A stretch of 64,000 bases of DNA from an uncultured Candidatus Saccharibacteria bacterium (GCA_964544935.1 CAZJDZ010000003.1:24568-88567); one strand, 5' to 3'; positions 46,595 through 55,395 are shown, numbered from the stretch's first letter. Made by a program: numbers and translations. Notes: generated by a model from the sequence alone, not told the origin.

Positions 46595-49249
46595 TTACTC
46601 CATGTGCACTTTTTCTTTTTCGAGGATCAGTTCAAGTAACTCTTGATGTCTAGAAAGCGTTGGATCAGATTCAATAAGTGAGCGTGCCTCATGACGAGCT
46701 ATTTCAACAAGTTTCGGGTTCTTAATTGCTTCCATGGCGAGGTCACTGATTCCCCACTGCTTGCCATCATATAACGTTCCAATTCCTCGTGTAAGCATAT
46801 CTTGCTCCGCAAGCTCGAAGCCGTTCTTGGCTTTTACAAGTGCAGTAAGGCGAGTGTATGAGGTTTCACCTGAACTCTCGGTGAAAAGGTAACAGTATGA
46901 TTGATGTTCTGCACGACCAACACGACCACGTAGCTGGTGCAATTGTGCAAGACCGAATCTGTCCGCATGCTCGATAATAATAACCGTTGCGTTTGGGACG
47001 TTTACCCCAACTTCAACTACAGAGGTAGCTACTAGAATATCAGATTTTTTGTTTAAGAAATCTTCCATCACTTCTTCTTTCTCATCTCTTTTCATTTTAC
47101 TATGGAGAATATCAACTATAAATTCTGGGAAAACGACGTCAGCTAAGCGAGTTGCTTCTTCTTTGACACTCTTGAGCATCCTCTTTTGCTTTTCTTCTTC
47201 ATCTTGCTCATCGATACGTGGACAGATAACATACACCTGACGACCAGCTTGTAATTCCTTGCGGACATGTTCATACATCTCTTGCCGCTTACTTGATTTT
47301 ACAATTTCAGTAATAATCTTTTTACGCTCTTTTGGCACACTATCAATTACAGTAAGTTCAAGATCTCCAAACAAGGTGAGGGCAAGTGTACGAGGGATAG
47401 GGGTGGCTGTCATCGACAGGAGATGCGGAACTGACGCGGACGTACGCGGAACTGACGCAGAAGAGTCCCGAGCTGTATCATAAATAACACGTTCTATTTC
47501 TAGCTCAGAGTGGCCAAAATTAACAAGAAGCCCAAGAAGATATTCAGATCCTTTGAGATAATTCCATAGCTGTTTTTTTTCTTGAGCACCCAAGAAAGGA
47601 AGCGCTTTTAATTCTATAATAACTTTATTTTCTATAATAAAATCAGGTTGATATACACCAACTTTTTTATTATTGTACAATACGGGGATTTGTTGTTCTT
47701 GTGAAAAATCGAGACCTACTTTTTTTAGTTCAATTGCGAGCGCTTTTTGGTAAATAATTTCTTTATGACCAGTACCAAGTTCTTGTTTTACAGCAAAGAT
47801 TGCTTCACGGATTTTGTAGGTCAGCTCTTCGTAGATAAGTTTTGAAGAAGGTGTTGTTTGTATTTCTTCCGCGTCAGTTCCGCCCCGTTCTGCGTTCCTT
47901 CCGCGTGCCAACGCTTTGCGTTGGCGGACACCGAAGCGATGCTGTTCATCGATGATGATGAGAGCAAGATTTTCAAAAAGTACAGATTTTTGAATGAGCG
48001 CATGAGTCCCAATAACAATAGAGACAGCACCTTCCTTTAGCCATTTGATAAGTTGTGCACGAGACACATCTGTGGGTTCGTTGTTTTGTTTGCTTGGGAA
48101 TTTCTTGCAACCACTTCCAGTAAGAAGTCCTATTTCAACAGAAGTACCTTTGAAGTATTCTATAAAACTTTCAAAGTGTTGCTTGGCAAGAATCTCAGTT
48201 GGTGCCATGTACGCAACTTGTAATCGTTTACCATGCTCTGTTGTTCGATTATGAAGCACAGCATATGCGATAGTTGCTGCAACGAATGTTTTACCACTTC
48301 CTACATCACCTTCAAGGAGTCTCCCCATAGGATCATTTCTCCCTATGTCTTCTAGAATTGCATTGATTGCATGTAATTGTGCATCAGTTGGTGTGAAAGG
48401 GAATGAGTTAATGAACGCATTGAGTTCTTTTTTTGGAATAGTGATAGGGTAGGAAAGTGAATGTTTTGCCTCTTCTTTTTCTCTATATTGCTTCAGTTGC
48501 ATGTAAAAAATTTCTTCAAACGCAAAACGTTTACGGGCAGCTATGGTAAGTGATTCATTTTTTGGAAAATGAATATACATGAGTGCATCTTTGAGAATAG
48601 GGAGGTGAAGTTTTTGTAGTATTGCTTCTGGTATTGGGTCTACTACATCACCAAGAACGCCGCCTGCAATGGCTTTTTTAAGAAGTGTGTAAATGTACAG
48701 AGATGAAACACCTTTTGTTTCTGGATACACCGGAGTAAGAAATGACACATCACGAATTTTTCCGCGTCCCTCCGCGTCAGTTCCGTGGTCGTCCGCACTC
48801 ACAGCAAAAAGAGAGTCCGCATGCTCTGGAAGCTCTTGTAGCTTCTCTATCATCGGATTAGAGAGAAAGAGTCCACGGGAATCTTCCTGAACTGTCCCGC
48901 TAATTTTTACCTTGGTGCCGTCAGGGTACATCTTGCCGATGTAGGCTTGGTTAAACCAGATACACCTGATTGTTCCAGTACTATCAACAACACGAGCTTC
49001 TGTCATAGGGACATGTCCTTTGAAACTTCTTCGTACGGAAACTTTTTCCATGATGCCATACATAGTCACTGACTGACCTTTTTCTATATGACTCACATGA
49101 GCCTCTTCGCGCATATCTGCATAGCGAGTAGGGAAGTGGTAGAGGAGATCACGGATGGTTATTAGATTGAGACGCGAAAGACCTGCTACGTGGTCTTTGT
49201 TGATTTGAGACAGTAATGTGATTGGGCTGTCTAAGCGTATAGTTTTCAT
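46595..49249 (-). CDS. recG: ATP-dependent DNA helicase RecG carrying an in-frame GxxExxY-module insertion
   Basis: N-terminal wedge/OB domain. Walker A GDVGSGKT. DEQHRFGV (motif II) and MTATPIPRTLA (motif III) are separated by about 160 aa instead of the usual 15-20. Helicase C-terminal domain. 884 aa. Confidence 0.9.
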   Translation of the reverse strand: MKTIRLDSPITLLSQINKDHVAGLSRLNLITIRDLLYHFPTRYADMREEAHVSHIEKGQSVTMYGIMEKVSVRRSFKGHVPMTEARVVDSTGTIRCIWFNQAYIGKMYPDGTKVKISGTVQEDSRGLFLSNPMIEKLQELPEHADSLFAVSADDHGTDAEGRGKIRDVSFLTPVYPETKGVSSLYIYTLLKKAIAGGVLGDVVDPIPEAILQKLHLPILKDALMYIHFPKNESLTIAARKRFAFEEIFYMQLKQYREKEEAKHSLSYPITIPKKELNAFINSFPFTPTDAQLHAINAILEDIGRNDPMGRLLEGDVGSGKTFVAATIAYAVLHNRTTEHGKRLQVAYMAPTEILAKQHFESFIEYFKGTSVEIGLLTGSGCKKFPSKQNNEPTDVSRAQLIKWLKEGAVSIVIGTHALIQKSVLFENLALIIIDEQHRFGVRQRKALARGRNAERGGTDAEEIQTTPSSKLIYEELTYKIREAIFAVKQELGTGHKEIIYQKALAIELKKVGLDFSQEQQIPVLYNNKKVGVYQPDFIIENKVIIELKALPFLGAQEKKQLWNYLKGSEYLLGLLVNFGHSELEIERVIYDTARDSSASVPRTSASVPHLLSMTATPIPRTLALTLFGDLELTVIDSVPKERKKIITEIVKSSKRQEMYEHVRKELQAGRQVYVICPRIDEQDEEEKQKRMLKSVKEEATRLADVVFPEFIVDILHSKMKRDEKEEVMEDFLNKKSDILVATSVVEVGVNVPNATVIIIEHADRFGLAQLHQLRGRVGRAEHQSYCYLFTESSGETSYTRLTALVKAKNGFELAEQDMLTRGIGTLYDGKQWGISDLAMEAIKNPKLVEIARHEARSLIESDPTLSRHQELLELILEKEKVHME
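47411..47460. repeat. right inverted-repeat flank of the recG insertion (two tandem copies of GCGGAACTGACGC.G)
   Basis: GGAGATGCGGAACTGACGCGGACGTACGCGGAACTGACGCAGAAGAG. Encodes ...SASVPRTSASVP... in recG. Confidence 0.55.
47435..47902 (-). mobile_element. in-frame insertion within recG encoding a GxxExxY (PD-(D/E)XK-like) module, flanked by inverted GC-rich short repeats
   Basis: The insert encodes ...LTYKIREAIFAVKQELGTGHKEIIYQKALAIELKK...PVLYNNKKVGVYQPDFIIENKVIIELKAL...LLGLLVNFG... (the GxxExxY family hallmark G-HK-E-II-Y). Flanks: CCGCGTCAGTTCCGC (47873-47887, + strand) and the inverted GCGGAACTGACGCGG / GCGGAACTGACGCAG (47422-47458). Confidence 0.45.
47865..47935. repeat. left inverted-repeat flank of the recG insertion, plus an internal perfect palindrome
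   Basis: CTTCCGCGTCAGTTCCGCCCCGTTCTGCGTTCCTTCCGCGTGCCAACGCTTTGCGTTGGCGG. Contains the 8-bp palindrome GCCAACGC-TTTG-GCGTTGGC inside coding sequence. Confidence 0.55.
48758..48792. repeat. solo copy of the CCGCGTCAGTTCCG repeat inside the 5' part of recG (encodes ...GTDAEGRG...)
   Basis: TTCCGCGTCCCTCCGCGTCAGTTCCGTGGTCG. The same 14-mer as at 47873, in frame. Confidence 0.5.
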
Positions 49250-49282
49250 AAGAGTATAGAAGATAGAGTATAGAAAGTAGAC

Positions 49283-49633
49283 TTATTCAAATTTTTTAAT
49301 AAGAGATGTTATCATTTTCATAACTTCAGTTATGTCCTCTTGAGTAGTTGAGTACTCTTCATTTGTTAGATATCCAAGTTGTTGTGCAATATATAGTTGT
49401 GTTTCCATTTCAGCACCAGAACCACTTGCTATCGTGAGAAAATGTTTAAAATCTTTTTTTGTGGTTCTCTTGCTGCCTTCTGCGATGTTTGAAGGGAGAG
49501 AAACACCAGCTCTCCTTAGTTGATTGGTTAAGCCAAATTTTTCATGCTCAGGGAATGTGTTTGTTATCTTATATATTTTTATAGATAGATCAACAGACTT
49601 TTGCCAGACGATAAGATTTTTATAATGATGCAT
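49283..49633 (-). CDS. four-helix-bundle protein (TIGR02436; former '23S rRNA intervening-sequence protein' family)
   Basis: LIVWQKSVDLSIKIYKITNTFPEHEKFGLTNQLRRAGVSLPSNIAEGSKRTTKKDFKHFLTIASGSGAEMETQLYIAQQLGYL matches the family pattern closely (W.KA..L...IY.....FP..E.FGLTSQLRRAA.SI..NIAEG...). Confidence 0.7.
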   Translation of the reverse strand: MHHYKNLIVWQKSVDLSIKIYKITNTFPEHEKFGLTNQLRRAGVSLPSNIAEGSKRTTKKDFKHFLTIASGSGAEMETQLYIAQQLGYLTNEEYSTTQEDITEVMKMITSLIKKFE

Positions 49634-49693
49634 GGTATTGTCTATTTTCTATCATCTATATTCTAATTTCTGAATAAGGAGGACTTCGTCCGA

Positions 49694-50083
49694 CTATCTA
49701 AATTGTGGTCTTGAATGGTAGATGATGAGCGCGAGGGTTACAAGGATGAGGACAAAGAGAAGCATGTTGGTACTAGTGTACGTTCCCATCGAGAAGTTGA
49801 TATAAAGTGTTGAGCAGAGAATAAGGAGTACTACGATAAGAGGGAGTATCGGACGAGGCCAGACGAGAATAAGGATTCCGAGAAAAATAAAGAACGAGTG
49901 CCACAGTGTGAAGGTGATACTTTCAGATACTTGAATTGATTGGTTGATGCATTCAAAGAGGGCCATTTTAGCCTTTTTGACACCAAGTGCAAGTGCTTGT
50001 GCATGAGGGTAAATAAAATACAGAGATACTGCCAAACGAAGGAGATAAGGCCAAATATTAAACATAATAAAAGTATACCACAA
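49694..50083 (-). CDS. hypothetical membrane protein
   Basis: 129 aa with 3-4 TM helices. Confidence 0.4.
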   Translation of the reverse strand: MWYTFIMFNIWPYLLRLAVSLYFIYPHAQALALGVKKAKMALFECINQSIQVSESITFTLWHSFFIFLGILILVWPRPILPLIVVLLILCSTLYINFSMGTYTSTNMLLFVLILVTLALIIYHSRPQFR

Positions 50084-50116
50084 AGGGTTTTATGCCTATC
50101 TGGTATATAGAACAAT

Positions 50117-50146
50117 AAAGGGCCGCCCCGTAGGGGTGGCCCTTTA
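50117..50146 (-). terminator. terminator after the large surface-protein gene (CGTAGG-loop family)
   Basis: AAAGGGCCGCC-CCGTAGGGG-TGGCCCTTTATG. Confidence 0.5.
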
Positions 50147-50173
50147 TGTATTACCTAGAAGCACATAACCAAA

Positions 50174-52861
50174 CTATTCCTCGTTACTGTTTGTGATTCT
50201 CACTCGAGTGGTTGCTGTGTTATTGTTTCCACAATCAATGGTGAAGTCTGTACTCTTGGTGACAGTGAATGTTTTCTTACCAAGCGCTTTCCAGTCTGTT
50301 TCTTCGTGTCCTGGGGCGATAGTATTTACTGCGTCTGTGATAGATCGTGGCCCACCTCCGCCATTACCTTGGTCATCCGCATCAGTATTTTCTGTATCAA
50401 TAACATTGTTTAGAACTACTGCTGCATCAAGCTGTGCTTGAGAGCAGACACCACCTGTACAGACTGGATATGCAGTTAAGGCACATGCTGCTTCTGGGTA
50501 TTGAATAACCCAGTTCACAGCACTCTTTCCTTGGAAGTCCATAGTCTTAGGAGTTGCATTGATGAAGATAAGAGATGATGGTGGTGGAGGGGTGTCGTAG
50601 CGTACGGTTGTAGGACTACTTGAAACGCTTCCGTGTTTACAGAAGACAGAGTAGTTATCACTTACGCTTACAGGGATATCTGTAGTACCTGAATATACTC
50701 CGGAAGCAATAGTTTCGTTGTCACCAGAGAGATCACGGATGAGTGAGTATGAGTCTGAGTTAGCACATACAAATTCAATACTACCAGCACCTCCATACCC
50801 ATAGGTACCATTTACAACAACAGATACAACAGTTGGATCGGCACACATACTGTTAGTTGTGTCCCATCTATCTGATCCACCGGCAGCACAAGCAACGTTC
50901 ACTGAGGTTGTATCAAGTTCAAGGGCATTGTTATAGAGACGGTAGACGATAGCTCCATCTATGTCAAAGGGAACATTTGTTATCTGGTCAGCATTATCAT
51001 TTCCGGTGTAGAGGTTACCAGGTGTTCCGTCACGGGTAACAGCAGAAGTACCGACTGGATTAGTGGTTGACCAGCTAAGATGTGTCGTACAGGTTGATGC
51101 ACCTGTAGCGATTAGACATGAGATAGGGGATGCGTTAAGTGCCCCAGTCATAATATTTCCTTGATCACAATCAGGAGGGTTGTTCGCACCATTTTGACAT
51201 AGTCCGACACATTTCCCTGTTCCAGTGTCCCATGTAGATGACGCATCACAGCTGCCACTCACTGTTTCAGTATCAAGAACCGCACCTCCAGTTAGAATGG
51301 TTAAGGTAGTGAGATTCGTTCCATACACTACTGAGCTTTTTTTACTTGACCCTGATGTTCCTGTATGAATAGTTGAGCCATCTCTTTGAATGTTAACTGT
51401 TGTTGTCGAGTTGCTTGTATTCCAACCAAAAGTGGTGGTACAGGTACTTGATCCAGAAACAATTAAACAGTCTGCAGGCACCGGACTAAATGATCCAGTT
51501 ACAGCAGGGGCAGCAACGGTTACGTTTACCCATGGTCCACAGTTGTTAGTCTCGTCTGATTCTTTGATGACTCCTGCACTCCCTGAGTTATTTTTGTCAG
51601 CACAGGCACGAATAGATTTTGTTCCTGATGTAGTAAAGGTGTAGGACTTTGACGTTGTAGCACCTGCTCCTGTTGCAAGGGTAGACATAGTCACATACCC
51701 CAAGTCTTGGATACCAGCACCACCACCATTTGAACTTGTTGCTACTTGAAAGAAGTTATTAAAAGATGCTCCTGTTGTATATTTTCCACTGTTGGTAATT
51801 CTTGCAGAGAGAGTGACTGCGACACCTTGTGTTGCGGTAATAGGAATAGCAGATCCAGCCACAAGATCAGCCCCCCAACATCTAGAGTTTGCTGAGTCCC
51901 ATGTTGTTGTACTAGAACAGGTTCCACTTACATTTTCTGTATCAAGTGTATATCCTGCAGTGTAGATGGTGAAGGTGGTGAGATTTGTTCCATAGTCAAC
52001 TGTTCCGTATTTGGTTGTTGTTGTGGATGCTCCTGTATAAATTTGTACTCCTTCTCTTCGTATTGAGACAGTTGTTGTTGAATTACTTGTTGACCATTTA
52101 AATGAAGTGGTACAGGTACTTGATCCAGAAACAATAGTACAGTCAGCAGGGATTGGGTTAAATGATCCAGTTGGTGGTTCACAGCTACTGCCGTCCCATG
52201 AGGTGCCAGCAGCACAAGAGCCGGTAACTATAACAGTGTCGAGTGTGGTGCCATTATGTTTGAGTGAAAATGTACGCGCACCGTTTCCGACATCTGCTGG
52301 TTGAGAAGTTCCACTATTTGCTGTATAGATATTTGAGGTACCATTGTAGACAACAGATGTTCCAGTTGGATTTGTCGTACTCCAGGTAAGATTTCTACTA
52401 CAAGTGGAAGCACCGGATGCAATCGTACATGTTGATGCGGAGGCAGTGATGGTACCAGATAGTGGAGCAACACAGCTGTATGATGGTGTGTCCCATGATG
52501 TACCAGATGGACAACTAACGACGAGGGTGTCATAATCAGTAGCCCCAGTTGTTGCGTTTGTACAGTAGAATCTATAGCTACCCGGTGCAGCTTCTATTGG
52601 GCCAAGTGTAATAGATCCAGACCCAATTTGACTTTTTACCCATTTAGTTATAACACCATCGGAAGCTGCCACTGGATAACTAGCGCTTGATATGGTTCCG
52701 TCACAATCAGAAGCTCCTGTAACATTCCAGTTAATAATTGCTGTATCTCCCCAATCAACGTTATATGCAGACACAGAACTGGTCATCAAAACACAAGAAA
52801 AAATAATAAAAAGAGAATTTCGAAATCGTTGTAAAAAATATATACCTGCCATATATGTCAA
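50174..52861 (-). CDS. large secreted/cell-surface protein with about four copies of a roughly 95-aa Cys-containing S/T/G-rich repeat
   Basis: N-terminal signal peptide. Recurring module C[TL]I[AV]SG[AS]STC...[LF].WST[ST]N[ST/P].GTS....G.......YTG...........L.T..[IV].G.C......WD..S.C appears at least 4 times. 895 aa. Confidence 0.55.
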   Translation of the reverse strand: MTYMAGIYFLQRFRNSLFIIFSCVLMTSSVSAYNVDWGDTAIINWNVTGASDCDGTISSASYPVAASDGVITKWVKSQIGSGSITLGPIEAAPGSYRFYCTNATTGATDYDTLVVSCPSGTSWDTPSYSCVAPLSGTITASASTCTIASGASTCSRNLTWSTTNPTGTSVVYNGTSNIYTANSGTSQPADVGNGARTFSLKHNGTTLDTVIVTGSCAAGTSWDGSSCEPPTGSFNPIPADCTIVSGSSTCTTSFKWSTSNSTTTVSIRREGVQIYTGASTTTTKYGTVDYGTNLTTFTIYTAGYTLDTENVSGTCSSTTTWDSANSRCWGADLVAGSAIPITATQGVAVTLSARITNSGKYTTGASFNNFFQVATSSNGGGAGIQDLGYVTMSTLATGAGATTSKSYTFTTSGTKSIRACADKNNSGSAGVIKESDETNNCGPWVNVTVAAPAVTGSFSPVPADCLIVSGSSTCTTTFGWNTSNSTTTVNIQRDGSTIHTGTSGSSKKSSVVYGTNLTTLTILTGGAVLDTETVSGSCDASSTWDTGTGKCVGLCQNGANNPPDCDQGNIMTGALNASPISCLIATGASTCTTHLSWSTTNPVGTSAVTRDGTPGNLYTGNDNADQITNVPFDIDGAIVYRLYNNALELDTTSVNVACAAGGSDRWDTTNSMCADPTVVSVVVNGTYGYGGAGSIEFVCANSDSYSLIRDLSGDNETIASGVYSGTTDIPVSVSDNYSVFCKHGSVSSSPTTVRYDTPPPPSSLIFINATPKTMDFQGKSAVNWVIQYPEAACALTAYPVCTGGVCSQAQLDAAVVLNNVIDTENTDADDQGNGGGGPRSITDAVNTIAPGHEETDWKALGKKTFTVTKSTDFTIDCGNNNTATTRVRITNSNEE

Positions 52862-52950
52862 GTATATGGGTTATTCCAAAATAAAAAAGGGACATGTTCA
52901 CACGTATGTGTCATGTCCCTTTGCTTACTTGCTAACGTTGACCCTTCTTG

Positions 52951-53901
52951 TTACGGATGCGAGTGGGTAACCAGTGAGCGAATGCTTCCTTCCAGCTTTG
53001 CCGAATCTTCGGAAAAGACTGTAACAGCACCGCCAACCCCGTTGTTGTCGAAGAGTAGTACCCCTGTGTCATCAAGGGTATAGTACCAACCCGCGGTAAT
53101 CTGGGTGTGGTTCCCCCAACTACCCAAAGGTGATTGGACTTCGATCCAGTTCGGATCATCTGGGATTGCGCGTGCCGGTGCCGGTCCGTTGTAGTCGTAG
53201 AGCGCGTTTCCAACCGGGTCCAAGTACAGGTTATGCCAGACGTTGGCGATATCACGGCAGTTCTGCAACTTGCGTCCATCGGTGAAGAAGTTTTCATCGA
53301 TGTGGTGCGCGCAGTGGGTCAGCGGATATGCGCCATCCGTGTGACTGGTCAAGTTCTTGGTGCGCTCGACAGCGAAGGTACCGTTCCCGTTCCGGATGAT
53401 CCGGAGCGGAAGAGCGCCAGTGCTTGCCATGACAACGTCCGAGTAGGGTGCCAGACTGTTGAAGACACAAGCTCCACCGGTAAGCGTCGCTCGTGAGTCG
53501 CAGGTGCCGGCAACTGTCAGCGTCTTCAGTGTGGTACCGTCACCGTTCTTCACTGCAATGGTGTTGTCACCGGGAGCGAACGCGATGTCGGAGATGGTGC
53601 CGGAGGCACCGCTTCCGATCTCGGTTGTGCCCAGATAGACCTTGACGGTTCCGCTCGTGTGAGCGGATGTCCAGGTCACCGAACCCTTGCCCGAGGAAGT
53701 GTCCAAGGGGATGGGAACGGACACTTGCGTGCCGGTGAGACTGGCAGTCGCAGCCGGAGGCGGAGTGGTGCCACCACCACCGCCCCCGCCGCAAGCGACG
53801 AGAAGGGAGAGGGTTGCAGCCATCAGGATGGCTGTGAGACCCGCGCCGTAGGCGCGGGAACGGGTGCCTCCGAAGGAGGCGAAACGACGCAGCATGTTCA
53901 T
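52951..53901 (-). CDS. Tat-signal lipoprotein (GC-rich, about 58%) with poly-Gly/Pro linker
   Basis: MNMLRRFASFGG (RRxF Tat-like) and the lipobox LSLLVAC followed by GGGGGGGTTPPP. Start chosen at ATG 53901 (the track ORF extends to 53991). Terminator hairpin GGGACATG...CATGTCCC at 52888-52920. Confidence 0.5.
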   Translation of the reverse strand: MNMLRRFASFGGTRSRAYGAGLTAILMAATLSLLVACGGGGGGGTTPPPAATASLTGTQVSVPIPLDTSSGKGSVTWTSAHTSGTVKVYLGTTEIGSGASGTISDIAFAPGDNTIAVKNGDGTTLKTLTVAGTCDSRATLTGGACVFNSLAPYSDVVMASTGALPLRIIRNGNGTFAVERTKNLTSHTDGAYPLTHCAHHIDENFFTDGRKLQNCRDIANVWHNLYLDPVGNALYDYNGPAPARAIPDDPNWIEVQSPLGSWGNHTQITAGWYYTLDDTGVLLFDNNGVGGAVTVFSEDSAKLEGSIRSLVTHSHP

Positions 53902-54064
53902 GCTACCAGCCTTTCTGCCCGCACGGGGCGTTGAGTGTCTAACAAAAGCTTTTACAAAATTCTTCTTTATCTTCGTATACAAAGAGCTCATTACCTAAGT
54001 AAATCACTATTTACACACTAAGACAATGAAGGTCTGCGCGTATACTACACTTATTATGTATTTT

Positions 54065-54160
54065 TGTCAAGCCCCCTGTAGACGCAGACCACGCAGACGT
54101 AGGCAGACCACGCAGACACAACAATACAGAATATTGCTAACTTTACGCGGAAGGAAGATT
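54065..54160. repeat. intergenic tandem/dispersed GC-rich short repeats (GACGCAGACCACGCAGAC x2; ACGCGGAAGG)
   Basis: GTAGACGCAGACCACGCAGACGTAGGCAGACCACGCAGACAC ... TTTACGCGGAAGGAAG. Related to the repeats at 32163 and 47422. Confidence 0.45.
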
Positions 54161-54285
54161 GAAGGTATGTGGTGCATACACTAAGATATATAAAGAATTT
54201 ACTTCACGTACTTAATGTCGTTAATAAAAATCTTCTTTGCTGTAGGCAAAGAAGATTTTTATTTTCTAATTTTTATGGAATGTTT

Positions 54286-55395
54286 TTACTTCAATGCGGC
54301 GTAGGCCTTCTCAAAGAGGAAGCCCATGTCTACGTTGTGCACAAGGTAGTTATCAGCGTAGAAATCATGAGTACCATTAACACCGAAGTTATAGACCATT
54401 GTTTCCCCGTAGATACTATCAAGTGATGTTAGCTCGGTAACACTACCGTCTTTCATAATAAGAGTGTCTCCAACAGTAAGCTGTGAGACTACTATACCTT
54501 TACTTTCTTTACGTGTTCCTTCTGGATCAAGTGATTTCCATCCGTCTGGCGTCATGAATGGGTGAGTAGGGGTTACGAAGTACTTGTCGCTACCATTGAA
54601 AGCATAGAGTAGACCCTTGTACTTGATGCGGTAGGCCTTCATGACTTCTTGTGGTCCACCTGATGTCATAATTGTGTCTTCTAGAGTAACTGCTTCAATG
54701 TTCTTATATGTTCCATCTCCCATGAGTACTTGAGTACCGGCAACGAAACATCCACCTCCATATTGATCTCCAGACTCAGCTGTAACACTTTTGGTTTTCT
54801 CTGTTCCCCAAGATGTTACTTGTCCGTTATTGTAGTTACATTTTATACCATAAACCTTTGTTCCAGCATACATGTATGGTGAGTATTTACTACCAGAGCA
54901 TGCGAGTGTTCCAGTGTTCCAGTACCCAACTGTTGATGAACAAGAAGTACAGGATCCAGTATTTGACCATCTTATAATTGTTCTACCACCATATGGAACT
55001 GTAGCATCGTCTGTTGTAAGGGTGGTTACTGGAGCTGATGGAGGATTTCCAAAATAGGTACTCAGTCCTGTAGGGCAGTTTGGTGGGTCGTTCGATTTAT
55101 TTTTACAAAGACATGAGTTCTTTGCAGAGTCGTATTGTGTAGTTGCGCCGATTCCGTTTAGGTTACAGGTATCAGGGCAGTCACCACTCGTATGACTTGT
55201 AGGAGGTACACTATCACAACTTGCAGGAACAACTGATCCGGCACTGACACCAGCAACTGAATATTCTCTGAAAGAGAGTTCATGTGAAAATACAGAAGCT
55301 TTTGTTATGTAGAGTGCTGAGGATGCAAACGTAACGATGAGCAAAGAAACAATAAGCGGCCATCTTTTATTTTTTATTTTTTTAAATATGTTCAT
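54286..55395 (-). CDS. secreted Cys-rich protein with a C-terminal Hint (Hedgehog/intein-like, BIL-type) domain
   Basis: N-terminal signal/TM. Hint block A GGGCFVAGTQVLMGDGTYKNIEAVTLEDTIMT. Hint C-terminal block MVYNFGVNGTHDFYADNYLVHN. The protein ends 14 aa after the HN. Confidence 0.55.
   Translation of the reverse strand: MNIFKKIKNKRWPLIVSLLIVTFASSALYITKASVFSHELSFREYSVAGVSAGSVVPASCDSVPPTSHTSGDCPDTCNLNGIGATTQYDSAKNSCLCKNKSNDPPNCPTGLSTYFGNPPSAPVTTLTTDDATVPYGGRTIIRWSNTGSCTSCSSTVGYWNTGTLACSGSKYSPYMYAGTKVYGIKCNYNNGQVTSWGTEKTKSVTAESGDQYGGGCFVAGTQVLMGDGTYKNIEAVTLEDTIMTSGGPQEVMKAYRIKYKGLLYAFNGSDKYFVTPTHPFMTPDGWKSLDPEGTRKESKGIVVSQLTVGDTLIMKDGSVTELTSLDSIYGETMVYNFGVNGTHDFYADNYLVHNVDMGFLFEKAYAALK

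Noticed and set aside
47435-47902. Intein in recG
   Set aside because: The insert lacks intein hallmarks (no N-terminal Cys/Ser, no terminal HN plus Cys/Ser/Thr, no Hint block A/B, no LAGLIDADG/HNH endonuclease). It is instead a GxxExxY module with repeat-encoded linkers. It was therefore reported as an in-frame insertion rather than an intein.
53134-53934. ORFs 53134-53496 (+), 53567-53794 (-), 53659-53934 (+) inside the 58%-GC lipoprotein gene
   Set aside because: They are spurious open frames caused by high GC: Arg/Gly/Ser-rich low-complexity translations. The minus-strand lipoprotein ORF has a coherent signal peptide, lipobox and terminator.
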